From the human T2T-CHM13v2.0 reference genome, Homo sapiens, in NCBI RefSeq assembly GCF_009914755.1, contig NC_060928.1: a DNA stretch of 64,000 nucleotides; one strand, 5' to 3'. This document shows positions 58,966-64,000 of the stretch, piece by piece; within the stretch, counting starts at the first letter, position 1, and each line of letters opens with the position of its first letter. Below the pieces are notes generated by a model. The model saw only the letters and a program-made list of their open reading frames with translations, had not been told where the DNA came from and ran no database searches. The position numbers were made by a program, and so were the translations under genes.

Positions 58966-61900
58966 GTCAGTGGGATGTTACACATGAATACATTCCAACA
59001 GAAGCTAATTCAGCGATGGGCTGCATTCCGCTCACACCGCGGTGATTGATTAGATGCTCCTTGAAGATTTGCATAATCTTTCATTGTACAGTTCGACTAT
59101 TTCCTATGAAATTTGAGGATAGAATTCCACTTTGCAGCTATGACACTGTTCCACGAGATTCTATTGGACAAAATAAGAAAAGTTCAAAGCAGGATTTTCT
59201 GCTGTAAATGTGTGCCAGTTAAACACAAAAATTACAAACTCAACAAAAGCCAACAATGAGCAATAGGAAACTCGGACAAGTATTAGTAAGCTACATAGTC
59301 CTGAAGTTAATAATAGCATTTTAGACCATGATAAATGTTAGAAGAAAAGAAAGAGTATGTGCGTGTGAATTTATTGTGTGCATTGTTTTAGTAATTAAGG
59401 TAAACTACTGGATTATTATGGAAAAGTTCTTTTCTATGTCTCTTTTCTTCTTTTTAACGTGGCAATATAAGTTGAAAATTACCTGCTCTTTGTTTTCTAT
59501 TAATTCGTGTAAACACATAAAGATATTATCAAGTACTTTTATATACATTATGTAAAGTTCTTTAAACTTATTCATTAGGATATATGTAAAAGTAAAAGTA
59601 AAGTGCTTTCAGGTACTTCTCCTCATTCCAGACTACATGATTCCCTGGGCTTTTCTTGCTTTAGTACATCCCTTAGTTTCTACCATTTAATTTAGTGGAA
59701 TAAGATAGGCTAATGAGAATTTGGTTCAACACCCCTAATAGGTTGCAGAACAGAACTACAAGCTTTTCTCAACTCCAAGTCCTCCTCAGGTATATGGGTG
59801 TCTTTGGTTGTACGTAGTAGTTCCACTTGAAATACTGGTGTGGTTTCAATGAAATCCTCTATAAGACTGGAAGGTAGGGGTAGGAGGGAGTCCTTCAAAA
59901 CTCAGCATTTATTGATGATGTGGTCTTTCAGAAGAATAATTTTAATGCATCCAGGATTACTAGTATTATTATACTGCACAAGGTTTTGAGGGTTAGCAAG
60001 CCATAGACATATGCCATACAGAGAATAGGGAAAAAAAATCTAGCAAGTTAGAAAAAATATTTACCAGTTATTCATAAGCAATAAATAAAACCTAGTAACT
60101 CATAGGTCATGTATCAGTTAGTTTTTCAGGTGCACAGGCTAAAATATATTAAAGAAAAAAATTTATATTTTAAAAATAATTAAAGCGTTCAGGTACTTCT
60201 TACTACCTTTTAAAACATTTGGAATGCAAAGATGCATTGAAGTCAAGTCAGAATTTTCAGAGTGATACACATCAAAATTCAAAATGGATAAATAAACTGC
60301 AGTTAAATATTTCAAAGATGTCATAATAAAATAATTATTACTAGAGTAGCATCATGGGAAACACTAACAGTTGATAAATAACATAAAATAGCATAAATTG
60401 TAAAAGCCAATTGAAGATTTTTCTGTTGTATGTAGTTTGGCTTACTAATAATGCCTTCTTCTTTATTCAAGTTGGGTAATTATTTTTAAGTCTTAACTTT
60501 AGAAAAATAATTTAAATGAAAAACTATTATAAATGCTCAACATCTTTATATTATTGACATAGTTCTATTTCACAACTCAAGAATGCCACTTTATCAGAGT
60601 ATTTTCATTTATTGGAACTAAATGGCAACACAGTGATCTGAAGATAAAACCCATCACATTAAAACATGGAGCAGGGTTTATATCCTCGGCTCTAGTGATA
60701 AACTAGAGCTGATATCCATTGATGATTACAAGTGAAAAATGTTGATCAACTTCTTCTCTAGCATTAAACTATAAACAATGTTTTAAGCTGAAGAGGTAAC
60801 TACTTTCACAGTGTAAAAATGCTATATAAAATATTAATAGAAGATATTCTTATTAAAGGTAAAATTCTTTTAAATATTTGTGAAACATGAACTTTGAAAT
60901 TCAAAAAATCCAGAGATGAGTAATTAAAATTCAATTTAGGGAAAAAATACCCAACTTTACTCTCCCTGCCTCATTTTTCATTCAGAAATACACTAAGTAC
61001 TGAAGGCAGAGGGTCCCACCATATACATATGTATAAATGAATGGAAACCCACCAAAAAGTGCTTTCTTTTCTATTCCTGGGGAAAACCAGAGAAATTCAC
61101 AACACTCACACTAAAACAAAACAAAATAATCCTCAAAGTATTTTGAATATTTTTCTTATACTTTTCTTTGTATATTGTATTCGCAAATGACTAAAACAAA
61201 CATATTTGTGAATTTGTAATCTTTTATCATTTTCTCATCTGTCATGTTGGGAAAATGAAATAAATGACCTTGGACATTTCTGGGAAGAAATGTAATACAC
61301 AAGAGAGAAAAGAGGAAATAATTACTTGCTCAAAGTGTTTTAATTTTTTAAATCATTTAACTTGTGTTTCACAATTTACAGGGCTTGCACTTAAATATCA
61401 AAATGTAGCATCAAGTCAGCTCATTTTCAACAATACACGCAATGCAAAGCATTCACCCAATTGCTTATAGTTGACTTTTAAGAAGAAAGTGGATGCTTTT
61501 AAGTTTCTTTAAGCACTCTATAAAGTATAATATAATTGTTCTTTTATCTATTAAGATGTAGGTCCAGACTTATATTAAGACCTCAATGGATTTTTAAAAA
61601 ATTGAATTGAACTTGTTGAACTAATAAACTTTTAGAGCTCCACATATTTTTATTCAGTTGCTCTCTTGACTCAGCAAAAGTTAAAGTAGTATTTGCCCAC
61701 TACAAAACCTTTTCATTCAACTGAATTTATCTTTGAATTTACCTTTTAAATTTTCAGTGGCGTTTCCTTGGAAGTTCAAGAAATGTGTATGTGTTATATG
61801 CATTATTTGGAAATTTTAAAAGTGAAAAACATTGAAAACATTATATAATATACACTTATAACATATATCTAAGAACATAATATACTTTCAATTTAATTTA

Positions 61901-63915
61901 TAAATACATATATACGCTTTGTTCTTTATAATACACACATATATCTTTGTATATACTTACTCAATAGAAGAAAAAAAGATGTTTATTTTAAAAGGAAGGT
62001 CTTTTTTTTGTTTGTATGTCAAGTCTTTATTACAGTGAAAATGAGAGGGTAGTAATATCTACTAATAAAAATCTTAGAAAACTTCAAAAAAACTCGGTAA
62101 ATTTAACAATTTCAAAAATTTTCATCATTTTCTTTCTCATTTTGTTCTGCTAATTGTTACTAATGGTAAGTTTTAAATGCTTGCCTCTAAAATAAATAAA
62201 GGTTTGCACAGAAAATACTAAAACAAGATTCCAAGTACTTCATAATTTCTACTTTTTAAAAAATTATTCACATGCATATACAGGCTATAAACAGAAGATA
62301 TTTAGATCTTTAAATGTACATTTTTATTCATTTCAAGTTTCATCTTTTTTGTTACTTTTAGAGCAAAAATAATTTTGAATGAGCACAACCAAATAAATTT
62401 ATAGTTCTCACAATTTTGATTGAATGCGTTTAGTTTAATTTACAGTCTTCACTACTAAAACTTATAAATACAAGATTCTATTACCACACTACCACTTTCT
62501 GTCTATATCCTTTTCTTTTAATTTTATTTTTTAACATGAGCAACTATCCTGTTGTACCAACACGAAAGGCTATAACTCTTTTTTAAAAGAAAAAGCATGA
62601 ATAAAAGAAACTTCTACGTTCAAAGTTTATGCCTTCAGGGAGCAGGGGAAGCCTCTAATTGGGCTGTGAGTGACTAATACAAAAACTTTTTATTAAGAGA
62701 AAAAAATCTTCTGCTAGCAATTGTTAGGATAAGAACTTATGTGAGAAAGAAGTTGCATAAAGTCACTTTTGCTTCAATGGTATCATAATACATGATAAAA
62801 AAATCGTAAGTGCCAAATAGCATTACGTGGATAACAAACACCCCAGTCACAGACTTAGATGTTATCTTATTACACATCTGGATCTCTTGTTAGCAAGTTA
62901 TTAGAAAAAGGGAAAAAAATAGGAAGAGCAGGTTGGAAGAAAGAATCTTTTTGCCAGTATCACTCTAGTGCATTGTTGTAGCAAGAGAGAAATCAGCATG
63001 TTAATGCTTCAAATAAATCCTTTGAAGATGCAAAACTTGAAAGGCCAAGTGAGGGAACAAACAGACTAAACAGTCCAATTCCAGTTTGGCAGACAACTAC
63101 TTAAAGGAACATGATTTTTAATAAATAGCAGTTGTTGGCCAAAACACCATTGCATCATAAGAAATTTTGTTGTCACTAAAATGTTAGCACTCAAGTGAGA
63201 GACCCAGGGTGAGGTGGGGGAGGACAGTAAAAATTAAATTTATGATTTTTCCATGGTCTGATCTTTGCTATGAGAATTTTCAGTTAGTTTCTCTTTTAGA
63301 GGGTACACAAAGGTGAGGAGAGTTCATAAAGCGCATTAATTGGGCCCCAACTCCAGCGGGAGTGTCTCATCAGAGTAGGATCTTTAAATACCTTATAGGG
63401 GTTGTGTAAGTTTTATCTAGGATAGGTAGTTTCAGTTTGTTTCTTTCTTTGTTTCTCTTTTCTTTGGAATTTTCATTTGCCAAATTTTATTAGGGTTTGA
63501 TGGTGATTTCCTTTTGACTTACGCCTTACAAGTCATTTTACATTCTCTAATTTGAAGTCCTAAATGTTCAAAGTGAGAAAGCTACTTGCAGACCAGAATC
63601 ATAGCATCACAGTGATAAGTTTGATAAAATTCTTTTTGTCATATAGGATATTTTCTTTCATCTGTTACCAAATTTTTTGTATTTTAAATATCCCAATATC
63701 ATTTGTTTTCCGCCTGCTCCAGTCCTTCAGGGAAAGACATCTCATTTATGAACTATTTGGCTAATGCTCTGATCAGCATGGGAAATCTTAATTTTTTACT
63801 AAGCCTTAGCAAATCAGTTTCTGTCCTGTTAGCTTCAGTGCCTCACTGTAAATTATCGTCACTCTGGGGTAATTCACTGGATGCTGTCACTCTTTCTCCT
63901 ATTTGGTTTAAGCCA

Positions 63916-63942
63916 TGTGTGTGTGTGTGTGTGTGTGTGTGT
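63916..63942. repeat. (TG)n microsatellite
   Basis: About 13 units. Confidence 0.95.
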
Positions 63943-64000
63943 TGGGGGACCATGTTGAGATGGTAAGTTGTGAGGAAGTGGTATAAGAACATGAGATGTT

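Overview
AT-rich primate DNA (Alu, L1PA and THE1 present; human or a close ape). It carries the 5' end of NDST4 (heparan sulfate GlcNAc N-deacetylase/N-sulfotransferase 4) on the minus strand: a TATA/Inr promoter near 58.6 kb, non-coding exon 1 (about 58397-58573), a ~36 kb intron 1, a 1224-nt exon 2 (21098-22321) with the AUG and codons 1-326, and the start of intron 2. The rest is mostly interspersed repeats (13 Alus, several L1s, a near-complete L2 ORF2, a full THE1 provirus, other MaLR LTRs, DNA transposons). The most unusual signals are: (i) a 120-codon stop-free frame spanning the spliced 5'UTR, with a strong-context CUG, ending in a UGA that overlaps the NDST4 AUG; (ii) exon 2 having the layout of a translatable circRNA; (iii) a MaLR element with two inverted 3' LTR ends inside a single 5-bp TSD. 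Repeat subfamily calls are by eye, and boundaries of old repeats are approximate.
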